Shown here one piece after another: positions 29,013 to 38,517 of a DNA stretch of 40,684 nucleotides. Under the pieces are notes generated by a model, which saw only the letters and a list, made by a program, of their open reading frames with translations, was not told the DNA's origin and ran no database searches. Location of the stretch: contig CATLOZ010000003.1 of NCBI GenBank assembly GCA_950054395.1, positions 1 through 40,684 of the forward strand, given 5' to 3'. The position numbers and the translations under genes were made by a program. Numbering within the stretch: the stretch's first letter is position 1; each line of letters opens with the position of its first letter. The DNA comes from an uncultured Chloroflexota bacterium (GTDB taxonomy: Bacteria > Chloroflexota > Dehalococcoidia > Lucifugimonadales > GCA-002694895).

Positions 29013-30224
29013 ATGAAAATATTAATTATTTCTTATCACACATGCCCGGAAAATAAATTGGGAAGCAAAGATTCTGGAGGCTTGAATATTTATCTTCATG
29101 AAATTTCCAATGAATTAGGCACTAAAGGACATACAGTAGATATATTTACTAGAGAACACGATATTCGTGATCCACTAGAAATAGAAATCAATAATAATTC
29201 TAAAGTAATTCATTTAAATGCTGGAGATTTGGCTGAAGAAAAACATCAGATGCATAATTATATAGATTTGTTTACTTCAAATTTGATTAATTATATTGAT
29301 GAACAGAATTTACAATATGATTTGATTTATTCAAATTATTGGATGTCTGGAATAGTAGGGGAACTTATTTCAGAGAAATTAAAAATTCCTCACATAATTA
29401 CTTTTCATACTATGGGTCTCACAAAACGTTCAGTTAATTATTTGGAGAATGAAAGTGATTTTAGAATTGAAAATGAATTAGATTTAATAAAAAAAAGTGA
29501 TGCTATTGTCGTTCCAACACACCAGGAAAAAGAAAATTTAATTTTAAATTATAAATCTGACAATAATATATATATTGTTTCTCCTGGCGTTGATTTAGAA
29601 AAATTTAAATCTAAAAATAAATTTGAATCTAGGGAAAAATTAGGATTATCACAAACTACTAAAATCCTACTTTCAGTTGGTCGACTCGAACCCATAAAAG
29701 GTTATGATGTACTAATAAATGCGTTAAGTTTTCTGAATATCAGTGATGACTTTGATGTACGATTATTGATAATTGGTGGTGATAGTAAATCACAAAATGA
29801 ATTAGAAAGATTGAATTCTTTAAAATTAAAACATGGATTAAGTAATCAAGTAAATTTTTTAGGTGCAATAGATCATGATGAATTGCCAATATATTTATCT
29901 GCTGCAGATGTTTTTGTAATGCCGTCTGCATATGAGACATTTGGTATAGCAGCCTTAGAAGCAAGTGCATGTAACTTACCTGTAATTGCTCCACAGGTTG
30001 GAGGATTAAAATCTGTTGTAAAACATGGTCAAACTGGATTTTTATCTGTTAACAAATCCCCGGAATCATTGATGCATTATTTGGAAATATTATTAAAAAA
30101 CAAACCTTTAAGAGAACTATTTGGAGTTAATTCCAGATTACATGCTATGAATTATAGTTGGGGAAAATCTTCAGAGGATTTAATATCAGTATTTGAAGAT
30201 GTATTATCTAAATGCCTTGTCTGA
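29013..30224 (+). CDS. GT4 glycosyltransferase, MshA-like (D-inositol-3-phosphate glycosyltransferase-like)
   Basis: SYHTCP, DSGGLNIY, NYWMSG, TFHT, VGRLEPIKG and ETFGIAALEA parallel MshA motifs (HTSP, DAGGMNVY, HYWLSG). Confidence 0.82.
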   Translation: MKILIISYHTCPENKLGSKDSGGLNIYLHEISNELGTKGHTVDIFTREHDIRDPLEIEINNNSKVIHLNAGDLAEEKHQMHNYIDLFTSNLINYIDEQNLQYDLIYSNYWMSGIVGELISEKLKIPHIITFHTMGLTKRSVNYLENESDFRIENELDLIKKSDAIVVPTHQEKENLILNYKSDNNIYIVSPGVDLEKFKSKNKFESREKLGLSQTTKILLSVGRLEPIKGYDVLINALSFLNISDDFDVRLLIIGGDSKSQNELERLNSLKLKHGLSNQVNFLGAIDHDELPIYLSAADVFVMPSAYETFGIAALEASACNLPVIAPQVGGLKSVVKHGQTGFLSVNKSPESLMHYLEILLKNKPLRELFGVNSRLHAMNYSWGKSSEDLISVFEDVLSKCLV

Positions 30225-31016
30225 GAATTCATACCAATAACTTTCCTCTATATCCTTAAACCCATATTTTTTATACACATTTCTTGCACTTAAATTATCA
30301 TTGTCAACTTCTAAAATAAGGTTTTGGTACTTGTTTTTAATTAAAAAATTAATTGAACTTTCCAATAATTTTTTTGCTATTCCTTTTCCTCTTGATTGAG
30401 GGAGTGTTCCAATCATTGAAACATGTGCTGTTTTATTATTTTCATTATTTCTTGTAAGCCATACATATCCTTCAGGTTTATTGCTTTTTTTGTAAAATAA
30501 AACTCCGTCTTGTATATTATTTTTCGATTGAATTTTGTTTTTAATTTCTTTTATTGAATTAGGAGAAAACCCCCAACTATCTTTAAAAGAAGCATTTTGA
30601 ATTAAGTGTAAATTTTTAATCAAATGATTTTCATTTTTGATATTAACAATATGATTAGAATTTATATTCTGATATATTTCAGATTTTAATTTCACAAGAT
30701 CAAGGTTCATTTTTTTATATGTTTTAATTGGCATCATTGTGTTATGAGGCGGTAATTGTGATAAAAATTTATTGAGTTGTATGTGAATTACTTTGTATTC
30801 ATCAATATTTATATTGTGCTTATTAAGAATTTGTCGGAATTTGGAATAGAATAATTTAAAATCTAAAAGTTGTTTATCCTTTTCAGATGAAGTTTTCTTA
30901 ATTTTTATTGGAACTAGGACTATTCTTTTTATTTTTGGTTCAAAGATAATTTTTATTTGTTCATTAGCTTTAGTAGACTGATTTTTAATATCTGTAATAG
31001 GTATTATAATTTTCAT
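30204..31016 (-). CDS. GNAT N-acetyltransferase, MshD-like C-terminal domain
   Basis: IQNASF..SWG, MIGTLPQSRGKGIAK (AcCoA motif A), LEVDNDNLSARNVYKKYGF; N-terminal half degenerate. Confidence 0.75.
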   Translation of the reverse strand: MKIIIPITDIKNQSTKANEQIKIIFEPKIKRIVLVPIKIKKTSSEKDKQLLDFKLFYSKFRQILNKHNINIDEYKVIHIQLNKFLSQLPPHNTMMPIKTYKKMNLDLVKLKSEIYQNINSNHIVNIKNENHLIKNLHLIQNASFKDSWGFSPNSIKEIKNKIQSKNNIQDGVLFYKKSNKPEGYVWLTRNNENNKTAHVSMIGTLPQSRGKGIAKKLLESSINFLIKNKYQNLILEVDNDNLSARNVYKKYGFKDIEESYWYEFSDKAFR

Positions 31017-31034
31017 TAGATTTTTTCTGGTATA

Positions 31035-31400
31035 TTATTCTAGATATTTAGTTTTAGAAAAAGGATTGTTTGTTGCAAATATAATTGCTATTTTTACTTC
31101 TTCCTTGTTTAGATTTTTTAAAGAGTGTTCTGTTTTTTGAGGGATTAAAACTACTTGTCCTTTTTTAACATTTATTAATTCCCTTCCAATTCTTACCTCA
31201 ATAGACCCTTTTATTACGAATATAATTTCTTCGTTTTCATGTATGTGTAAAGTTGCTCCAGAGTTTGTTTTTATTATATGTATTGACAGAAAAGTTTCTT
31301 TAGAATTCGTATGATCAAAAATATCACTCCAATAATATCCTTCTCTTTTTAATTTATATTTTAAATTTTTTATATCAGTTATTTTAGAGTTGTTTTCCAT
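31035..31400 (-). CDS. Cupin-domain protein
   Basis: HIHENEEIIFVIKG...GQVVLIPQKTEH. Confidence 0.88.
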   Translation of the reverse strand: MENNSKITDIKNLKYKLKREGYYWSDIFDHTNSKETFLSIHIIKTNSGATLHIHENEEIIFVIKGSIEVRIGRELINVKKGQVVLIPQKTEHSLKNLNKEEVKIAIIFATNNPFSKTKYLE

Positions 31401-31488
31401 GATTTAGTCGGTAATAATAATTTTACTGTTTATAGTTATTATAAATATTAAATATTATATTTAAATATTAATTCACTAGGGATTATAA

Positions 31489-33081
31489 ATGTTCGATGTA
31501 TTAATAATAAATGGAAATTTAGTTGATGGTACCGGTAAAAAGGCATCAAAAGCAGATATAGGGATTATTGCGGATAAAATTGATCAAATAGGAAATTTAA
31601 AAGATGCATCTGCAAAAAAAATAATTGATGCAACTGGAAAAACATTATCACCAGGATTTATTGACACACATGCTCATTCAGATGGGGCATTACTTATTGA
31701 TCCTATTCATGAAAATGGAATAAGACAAGGTATAACAACTGAAATACTTGGCCAGGATGGACTTTCTTATGCCCCTTTATCTAAAGAAAATTATTTATTA
31801 AATAAAAGATATTTAGCGGGAATTTTAGGCAATCCTCCTGATGACCTAGATATGTCTTCAGTAGAAAAATTTAGATCACATTATGATAAAAAGTGTAGTA
31901 TAAATACTGTTTATCCTGTGGCACATGGAGCTTTACGAATTGAAACTGTTGGATTTTTGGATAGGCCTTTATTAGGGGATGATATGAAAAAAGCAAAACA
32001 GCTTTTATATAAATCTCTTGAAGAGGGAGCTGTTGGATTAGCGACAGGTATGTCATATTACCCGAATGCATGGTCTGATACAAAAGAATTGATTGAATTA
32101 TGTGAAATTGTTAGTGATAGTTCAAAAGTTTATATTACACATTTAAGGGATAGAAATACAGAAAGAGGTTTTATGGGAGGTGGTGTTTTAGAAGCTCTTG
32201 AAATAGGTAGGCAATCTGGGGTGAAAGTTCATTTTTCACATACTAGGACTAGTGCGTTGAATGTTGGACAAGTCCCTGAATTGATGAAAGATATTGATGA
32301 AGCGAAATCTGAAGGTATAGATGTTACTTTGGAATTATATCCTTACCCTACAGGTAGTACATATCCATTAAGTTTTTTACCTACTTTTGCGCATGAAGGT
32401 GGGCCGGACGAGATTATAAAAAAGTTAAATGACCCAAATGAATTTGAAAAAATAGTTAGTACTATGATAGAAGAATTATCCCCTTATAGAAGAGAAGCTT
32501 TTAAGGATGCAGTGTTTTCTTATTCTCCTAATAATCCAGAATTAGAAGGTATGAGTCTTTCAGATTTAGCAAAAATGAATAATCAATCACTAGAAGTAAC
32601 ATTATGTGAACTTTTAAGGGATAACAAATTACAACTTGGTTATAGAGGCGCACCCCCAATAAATGTCAGGGTATGGAGTCAATTGAATGAAGATGCTATA
32701 AATTTATTAAAACGAGATGATTATATGGTAGGTAGTGATGCAATACCGATGGGTAAATATTGTCACCCTAGAGCTTATGGATGTTTTCCTAGATTTCTAG
32801 GAAGATTAAGAAGATCTTTTTGGGAAAATGGACTTGAAGAAATGATCCAAAGAATGACGCAAAATCCAGCTGAAAGATTTGGATTATCAGGTAGAGGAGT
32901 ACTTAAAAAAGGAAATTTTGCTGATGTTGTTATTTTTGATGCCGATAATATTAACGATTTGGCAACTTATGATGATCCTATTCAGTATCCAGTAGGTATT
33001 GAAAATGTTTTGGTAAATGGGGAATTAGTTGTACATAATAATAAAGCTACAGGTCTTACACCAGGAAGAGCGATTCCTTAA
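31489..33081 (+). CDS. N-acyl-D-amino-acid deacylase family amidohydrolase
   Basis: PGFIDTHAHSD, QGITT, YITHLR, HFSH, GSDA, HPRAYG.FPR, ADVVIFD. Confidence 0.9.
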   Translation: MFDVLIINGNLVDGTGKKASKADIGIIADKIDQIGNLKDASAKKIIDATGKTLSPGFIDTHAHSDGALLIDPIHENGIRQGITTEILGQDGLSYAPLSKENYLLNKRYLAGILGNPPDDLDMSSVEKFRSHYDKKCSINTVYPVAHGALRIETVGFLDRPLLGDDMKKAKQLLYKSLEEGAVGLATGMSYYPNAWSDTKELIELCEIVSDSSKVYITHLRDRNTERGFMGGGVLEALEIGRQSGVKVHFSHTRTSALNVGQVPELMKDIDEAKSEGIDVTLELYPYPTGSTYPLSFLPTFAHEGGPDEIIKKLNDPNEFEKIVSTMIEELSPYRREAFKDAVFSYSPNNPELEGMSLSDLAKMNNQSLEVTLCELLRDNKLQLGYRGAPPINVRVWSQLNEDAINLLKRDDYMVGSDAIPMGKYCHPRAYGCFPRFLGRLRRSFWENGLEEMIQRMTQNPAERFGLSGRGVLKKGNFADVVIFDADNINDLATYDDPIQYPVGIENVLVNGELVVHNNKATGLTPGRAIP

Positions 33082-34430
33082 AGGTTACTTTTTATTTCAG
33101 TAGAAATATCTCTTACTAATCCAACTAATTTGTTAAGATCATTTTCCGTTGTTTTGATATTTAGAGCTCCTGCATTTTTAGTTTGCATAAGAACTCCGTT
33201 GTTCAAAAGTCCCATAAATAAAACTTTTGTTAACAAATTGTTATTGTTAATAAAAGATCTGTAATCTTTAATTTTATTGCTATTAAAATTTATTCCAAAA
33301 AGAGAGCCAATTCCCGTAATTTGGCTATCTATTTCTAGTTCATCAAAAATAGAGTTTAATTTTATTCTGAGAGAGTCACCCATAGAATTCATATTTGTAT
33401 ATTTATCTTTTGTTAATGTAGACATAACTGCAGCGCCAGCTTCCATAGTTAAAGGGTTACCATTGAATGTTCCTGCATGAGATAATTTGTAATTATTACT
33501 TGAAGGATTTAATGTTTCCATTATTTCTTCTTTACCACCAAAAGCACCTACTGGCAATCCTCCACCTATGATTTTTCCTAATGAAGTTAAATCAGGTGTT
33601 ATACCAAAAATTTCCTGAGCACCGCCGGGAGCGAGTCTATAACTTTGAATTTCATCATAGATTAAAACAATATCTAATTCATTTGTAATATCTCTTGTAA
33701 ATTGAAGAAAATTTTGTTTTAGAGGCAAATATCCTAATCCGGATATAACAGGTTCCATTATCAGACATGCTAAATCTTCTCTGTGAGCATTAATAAGTTC
33801 CTTGCTTTTTTCAATATCATTAAATGGAAGGACTATTACATCATTAAGTAAACTTTTAGGTTGTCCAGGGTATTGCAAGATACCTGGGTGAGTAGATTCT
33901 TTTAAATCTTCTGCTTTAGGGGATACGCTAATAGATACATGATCATGTGTACCATGGTAACCACCTTCAAATTTTGCTATTTTATGTTTTTGTGTATACG
34001 CTCTTGCTGCCATGATGGCCATCATGGTTGCTTCTGTACCTGAGTTAGTAAATCTTAATGTTTCCATTGAACGAGTTCTATCTGTAATTAGTTTTGCCAA
34101 TTTTGCTTGTCCATCAGTTGGGGCGCTATATGCAGTACCTTTTTGTATTTGAGTATTTAAAACATTTTTTACCTCTTCAGATGAATGCCCAAGAATAAGG
34201 CTGGTAGCATTTATCATAAAATCTAGATAATTATTTCCGTCAATATCTGTCATAATTGAGCCATGTGCGTTATCTGCATAGAATGGATATGGCTCCATCC
34301 ATTGAGTTGTTCTAGTGCTTCCTCCGGGCATGTATTTCTCAGATATTTTTTGCATTTCATATGATTTTTTAGTTTTAGAAATATATTGATTTTTTTGTTT
34401 ATCAAGTAACTGATTTAATTTCTGATTCAT
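33078..34430 (-). CDS. Class III PLP aminotransferase (HemL-like fold, beta-amino-acid transaminase-like)
   Basis: TNSGTEA, GGYHG, DEIQS, LGKIIGGGLPVGAFGG, HAGTFNGNP. N-terminal MPGGSTR instead of the HemL GGVNSPVR. Confidence 0.88.
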   Translation of the reverse strand: MNQKLNQLLDKQKNQYISKTKKSYEMQKISEKYMPGGSTRTTQWMEPYPFYADNAHGSIMTDIDGNNYLDFMINATSLILGHSSEEVKNVLNTQIQKGTAYSAPTDGQAKLAKLITDRTRSMETLRFTNSGTEATMMAIMAARAYTQKHKIAKFEGGYHGTHDHVSISVSPKAEDLKESTHPGILQYPGQPKSLLNDVIVLPFNDIEKSKELINAHREDLACLIMEPVISGLGYLPLKQNFLQFTRDITNELDIVLIYDEIQSYRLAPGGAQEIFGITPDLTSLGKIIGGGLPVGAFGGKEEIMETLNPSSNNYKLSHAGTFNGNPLTMEAGAAVMSTLTKDKYTNMNSMGDSLRIKLNSIFDELEIDSQITGIGSLFGINFNSNKIKDYRSFINNNNLLTKVLFMGLLNNGVLMQTKNAGALNIKTTENDLNKLVGLVRDISTEIKSNL

Positions 34431-34448
34431 TTTTTCACCATAAATATA

Positions 34449-35558
34449 TTAGATAGAATCTATAATATAATTTCCAATCGATTTGTTTTCAATAAAATAA
34501 TCAGGGTTTTTAGTTGTGTTTATTCCTATCAATGGGATTTTTGTTTCGTATGTTGAAGCATGAGATCTTAAATCATTTGGAATTAGCGAAATATCAGAAT
34601 TTCCAAATACAACATCTTTTTGCCCTAATATCATCAAATCTCCTATTCTGTTAGAATTTAAATTGAATTTCTGACATGCTTCCGATTTATTTAAAACATC
34701 TTCAATACCATCAACACTTTTTAGTATCTTTTTAGATTCAAAAAGGTTCGAAAGATCATTTAGATATAAGTAAATAGATCCACCAAGATTAGAATGATGA
34801 ATTTCATGTTTATCTTTAATGATTGGTATAGCAGCTGAATGTATATTATATTTACTTAATTCATTTTCTATATTAACTAATTTGGTTTTATCAGACATTC
34901 CGTGGTCAGCAGTGATAAATATTTGATAGTCTGGATTTTTATTTATTAATTCGCAAATTGATTCATCAATTAATTTTAAATGTTCTAATGAATGAGTACT
35001 TTCGGGTTTAAATTTATGCATAGGATAATCTGTTAATGAAATATATGAAAAATCAGGGGATTTTTCATATATAAGCATTGATGCAGTTGAGATAGTCCAA
35101 GAATTTGCTTTTATAGTATATATGCTGGGCGCTTCACCAAATTTTTTTATTAAAAATGTGGAAGGATTTTCTGTGGAATAGCTTAAATTATTATTAAAAT
35201 TATTATTTATTAATAACGTTTTTAATTTATTTTTTGAAGTAGCTAATATACTAGTAAGGTTTTTTTTATTACATATATTAAAAATAGTTTCTGACATCAC
35301 ATATTTGTTATCTTCTAAATATGTACCCTGATTTAGATTTTTAGAATAATGGTAATTTGAACATATCCCATGCTTTGATGGATAAACTCCGGAAATAATT
35401 GATAGATTATTAACATTTGTTACTGAAGGCATCATGCTTTTAACAGGTTTTGTAAATGATCTTTTTTTCAGAGAAATGAATTCCATTTTATGATAATTAA
35501 TATATTCGTAGTCCCAGCCGTCAATACATATAACAATAAACTTATTCATATTTACCAT
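34449..35558 (-). CDS. Phosphonoacetate hydrolase-like protein (PhnA, alkaline phosphatase superfamily)
   Basis: VICIDG, MPSVTNVNNLSI.SG.YP..HGI..NY, TDYPMH, TADHGM..K, RIGD, LRSH follow the PhnA pattern. Confidence 0.8.
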   Translation of the reverse strand: MVNMNKFIVICIDGWDYEYINYHKMEFISLKKRSFTKPVKSMMPSVTNVNNLSIISGVYPSKHGICSNYHYSKNLNQGTYLEDNKYVMSETIFNICNKKNLTSILATSKNKLKTLLINNNFNNNLSYSTENPSTFLIKKFGEAPSIYTIKANSWTISTASMLIYEKSPDFSYISLTDYPMHKFKPESTHSLEHLKLIDESICELINKNPDYQIFITADHGMSDKTKLVNIENELSKYNIHSAAIPIIKDKHEIHHSNLGGSIYLYLNDLSNLFESKKILKSVDGIEDVLNKSEACQKFNLNSNRIGDLMILGQKDVVFGNSDISLIPNDLRSHASTYETKIPLIGINTTKNPDYFIENKSIGNYIIDSI

Positions 35559-35610
35559 TGTGAATAGATATTTTTAATTATAGAATATTTTTATATGAAG
35601 TTTGATAATT

Positions 35611-36822
35611 ATGGATAGAGAATTTGAAAATATTCTAATTAAAGAGATTGTTAGACAAAACGAGTCTATTGTTCTTATAGCATCTGAAAATTATGCTAGT
35701 AAATCAGTAAGAACTGCACAAGGTTCAATATTTACTAATAAATACGCTGAAGGATATCCTGGGAAGAGATACTATGGGGGTTGTGAATACGTTGATCAGA
35801 TAGAAATATTGGCAATTCAAAGAGCTAAAGATTTATTTGGTGCTGAACATGTAAATGTACAACCCCATAGTGGAGCTCAGGCAAATATGGCAGTTTATTC
35901 AGCATTATTTGATTCTAAGAGTGTAATAATGTCTTTACCGTTAGATCAAGGAGGGCATCTAACACATGGTTCAAAAGTAAATTTTTCAGGTAATTTATAT
36001 AATTTTGAATTTTACAATGTAGATAGAGAAACCGAACAGATTGATTATGAAGCTTTAGAAAAACATGCGCAAACAGTAAATCCACAGGCAATTTTATCAG
36101 GATTCACAGCTTATCCCAGAGAAATAGATTTCGAAAGAATAAAAAGTATTTGTAAAAAAATTGATTGTATGATGATCGTTGATATGGCACATATTTCGGG
36201 TTTAGTAGCAGCAAAATTACATAGTGATTGTGTGAAATATGCTGATGTTGTTACCAGTACTACACATAAAACTTTAAGAGGTCCTAGGGGAGGAATAATA
36301 CTTTCTAAAAATATCTATGCCAAATCTATTGATAAAGCTGTTTTTCCAAATATTCAAGGCGGACCAATGATGCATACTATAGGAGCAAAAGCAGTAGCTT
36401 TTGCAGAAGCAAGCACTAATGAGTTTGTCAATTATCAAAAACTTGTAATTAGTAATGCAAAACTATTAGGAAAATTATTATCTGCTGAAGGACTTAGAAT
36501 TGTCACAGGTGACACTGACACTCATATGATATTGGTTGATGTTACTCCTTTTAATTTAACAGGTAAAATAGCTGAAGAAAAATTGGCTGAAGTTGGATTA
36601 ATAGTAAATAGAAATACAATTCCTTATGATTCTAATCCACCTAGGGTGGCAAGTGGGATAAGAATAGGAACTCCTGCAATTTCTACACGAGGTATGAATG
36701 CTGAAGCAATTTCAATTATCGTCGATTGTATAATTGGAATATTAAAAGAAAAGGAAGAATCAAAATTAATAAAAAATAAAGTAAAAGAACTAGCTAATAA
36801 ATTCCCTATTGATCTTAAATAG
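35611..36822 (+). CDS. glyA: Serine hydroxymethyltransferase
   Basis: LIASEN, NKYAEGYPGKRYYGG, GGHLTHG, TTHKTLRGPRGG. ATG 35611 preferred. Confidence 0.98.
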   Translation: MDREFENILIKEIVRQNESIVLIASENYASKSVRTAQGSIFTNKYAEGYPGKRYYGGCEYVDQIEILAIQRAKDLFGAEHVNVQPHSGAQANMAVYSALFDSKSVIMSLPLDQGGHLTHGSKVNFSGNLYNFEFYNVDRETEQIDYEALEKHAQTVNPQAILSGFTAYPREIDFERIKSICKKIDCMMIVDMAHISGLVAAKLHSDCVKYADVVTSTTHKTLRGPRGGIILSKNIYAKSIDKAVFPNIQGGPMMHTIGAKAVAFAEASTNEFVNYQKLVISNAKLLGKLLSAEGLRIVTGDTDTHMILVDVTPFNLTGKIAEEKLAEVGLIVNRNTIPYDSNPPRVASGIRIGTPAISTRGMNAEAISIIVDCIIGILKEKEESKLIKNKVKELANKFPIDLK

Positions 36823-37327
36823 ATTTTTGTTTTTCCTCGTTTTTTAACATTTTAGTATTTTTTACAGGTCCTTTCTTAATTAGATTTTTTATTTCATTAG
36901 TATAATTATTCCAAAAAAATGCTTTTACTTTTGTTATTCCAGAGTCAATATAAATTGCTCCAATTAAAGCTTCAAAGCAGTTTGATAACATTGAATCAGT
37001 AATCCCTACTTTGTTTTGGCCTTTACTTACATTAATATACTTTTCAAGTTTGATTTTTTTTGCAAATTTTGTAAATGTTTGATTTGAAATTATATTAGAT
37101 CTGATTATTGAAAATTTCCCACTATTTTCATTAAATCTTAGATTTTTATATAAATGAACTGTGATTATGAAATACATAATAGAATCACCAACAAATTCAA
37201 GTATTTCATTTGATTCTAGATTTTCATTTTCAAATCTTAACGATGAATGGGTTAATGCAGATTCAAGTAATTTGGGATTTTTAAATGTTATTCCTAATTT
37301 TTTTTCTATTTTAAAGTTTTCATTCAT
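36815..37327 (-). CDS. rnc: Ribonuclease III catalytic domain without dsRBD
   Basis: ALTHSS, NEILEFVGDS signature, FEALIGAIYIDSG; only 170 aa. Confidence 0.85.
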   Translation of the reverse strand: MNENFKIEKKLGITFKNPKLLESALTHSSLRFENENLESNEILEFVGDSIMYFIITVHLYKNLRFNENSGKFSIIRSNIISNQTFTKFAKKIKLEKYINVSKGQNKVGITDSMLSNCFEALIGAIYIDSGITKVKAFFWNNYTNEIKNLIKKGPVKNTKMLKNEEKQKSI

Positions 37328-37423
37328 TTATTGCATTGTACATGTATTTAATATTTTGATAAATTATTTATTAAATACAAATAATTGAAATTTATTTTAA
37401 TTACTTATTTAAAGGAGTATACA

Positions 37424-38434
37424 ATGCCGGAAATCTGTGCGGAATATATTTGGATTGATGGTACGAAACCAACACCCCAACTTAGATCTAAAACTAAGAT
37501 TCTTACTTTCGGAGAAACTCCTCCAATATGGAGCTTTGATGGATCTAGCACTAATCAGGCTACAGGAAATAATTCAGATTGTGTACTTAATCCGGTATTT
37601 ATTTGCCCTGACCCTATAAGAGGTGATGATAATATTTTAGTTCTTAATGAAGTTTTGAATACTGATATGACTCCACATGAAACTAACACAAGAGTTCAAG
37701 CTTCAAAAATAGCTGAAAAATACAAAACTCATGAAAGTTTATTTGGTATAGAACAAGAATATACTTTATTAGATCCTTTTACTAATGCTCCAATAGGATT
37801 TCCAGAAGAAGGCTTTCCTGAACCTCAGGGACCTTATTATTGTAGTACAGGTGCCTCATGGATATTTGGAAGAGAAATGGTTGAAGAACATCTTGAGATG
37901 TGTCTGGATGCAGGTTTAACCATTTCTGGGATAAATGCTGAAGTAATGCCCGGGCAATGGGAATTTCAAATTGGACCAATAGGAACTTTAGAAGTAAGTG
38001 ATCATTTATGGATAGCTAGATGGTTATTATTTAGAATAGGTGAGATGCATGGAATACAACCTTCGCTTGACCCAAAGCCCGTGTCAGGAGATTGGAATGG
38101 GGCTGGAGCACATACAAATTTTTCAACAAAAACAATGAGAGAAAATTATCAGGCTATTATAGATGGATGTGAAGCTTTAAGTGAAACTCATAAATTACAT
38201 ATAAAAAATTATGGGGAAGGAAATGAAAGAAGATTAACAGGATTGCATGAAACTCAATCTATAGATCAATTTACTTATGCAGTATCAGATAGAGGAGCTT
38301 CTATTAGAATACCGTGGCAGGTAGTAGCTGATAAAAAAGGATACCTTGAAGATAGAAGGCCATCTGCAAATATGGATCCCTATGTTGTTACACGATTAAT
38401 TGTTGAAACTGTTTGCAGTGATTTGCCGCAATAA
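37424..38434 (+). CDS. glnII: Glutamine synthetase type II
   Basis: AEYIWIDG, WSFDGSSTNQA, GINAEVMPGQWEFQIGP, GDWNGAGAHTNFST, RRLTGLHET, GYLEDRRP. AAGGAG ribosome-binding site before ATG 37424. Confidence 0.95.
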   Translation: MPEICAEYIWIDGTKPTPQLRSKTKILTFGETPPIWSFDGSSTNQATGNNSDCVLNPVFICPDPIRGDDNILVLNEVLNTDMTPHETNTRVQASKIAEKYKTHESLFGIEQEYTLLDPFTNAPIGFPEEGFPEPQGPYYCSTGASWIFGREMVEEHLEMCLDAGLTISGINAEVMPGQWEFQIGPIGTLEVSDHLWIARWLLFRIGEMHGIQPSLDPKPVSGDWNGAGAHTNFSTKTMRENYQAIIDGCEALSETHKLHIKNYGEGNERRLTGLHETQSIDQFTYAVSDRGASIRIPWQVVADKKGYLEDRRPSANMDPYVVTRLIVETVCSDLPQ

Positions 38435-38517
38435 GAATTTTTTAATATTTTTAATTGCAATAAATGATTTAGTATAGTTATAATCATTTATAGAATTTAT
38501 TTCGAGGAGATAAAAAA

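Noticed and set aside
33078-34430. Calling this gene hemL
   Set aside because: It lacks the GGVNSPVR motif and has no tetrapyrrole gene context.
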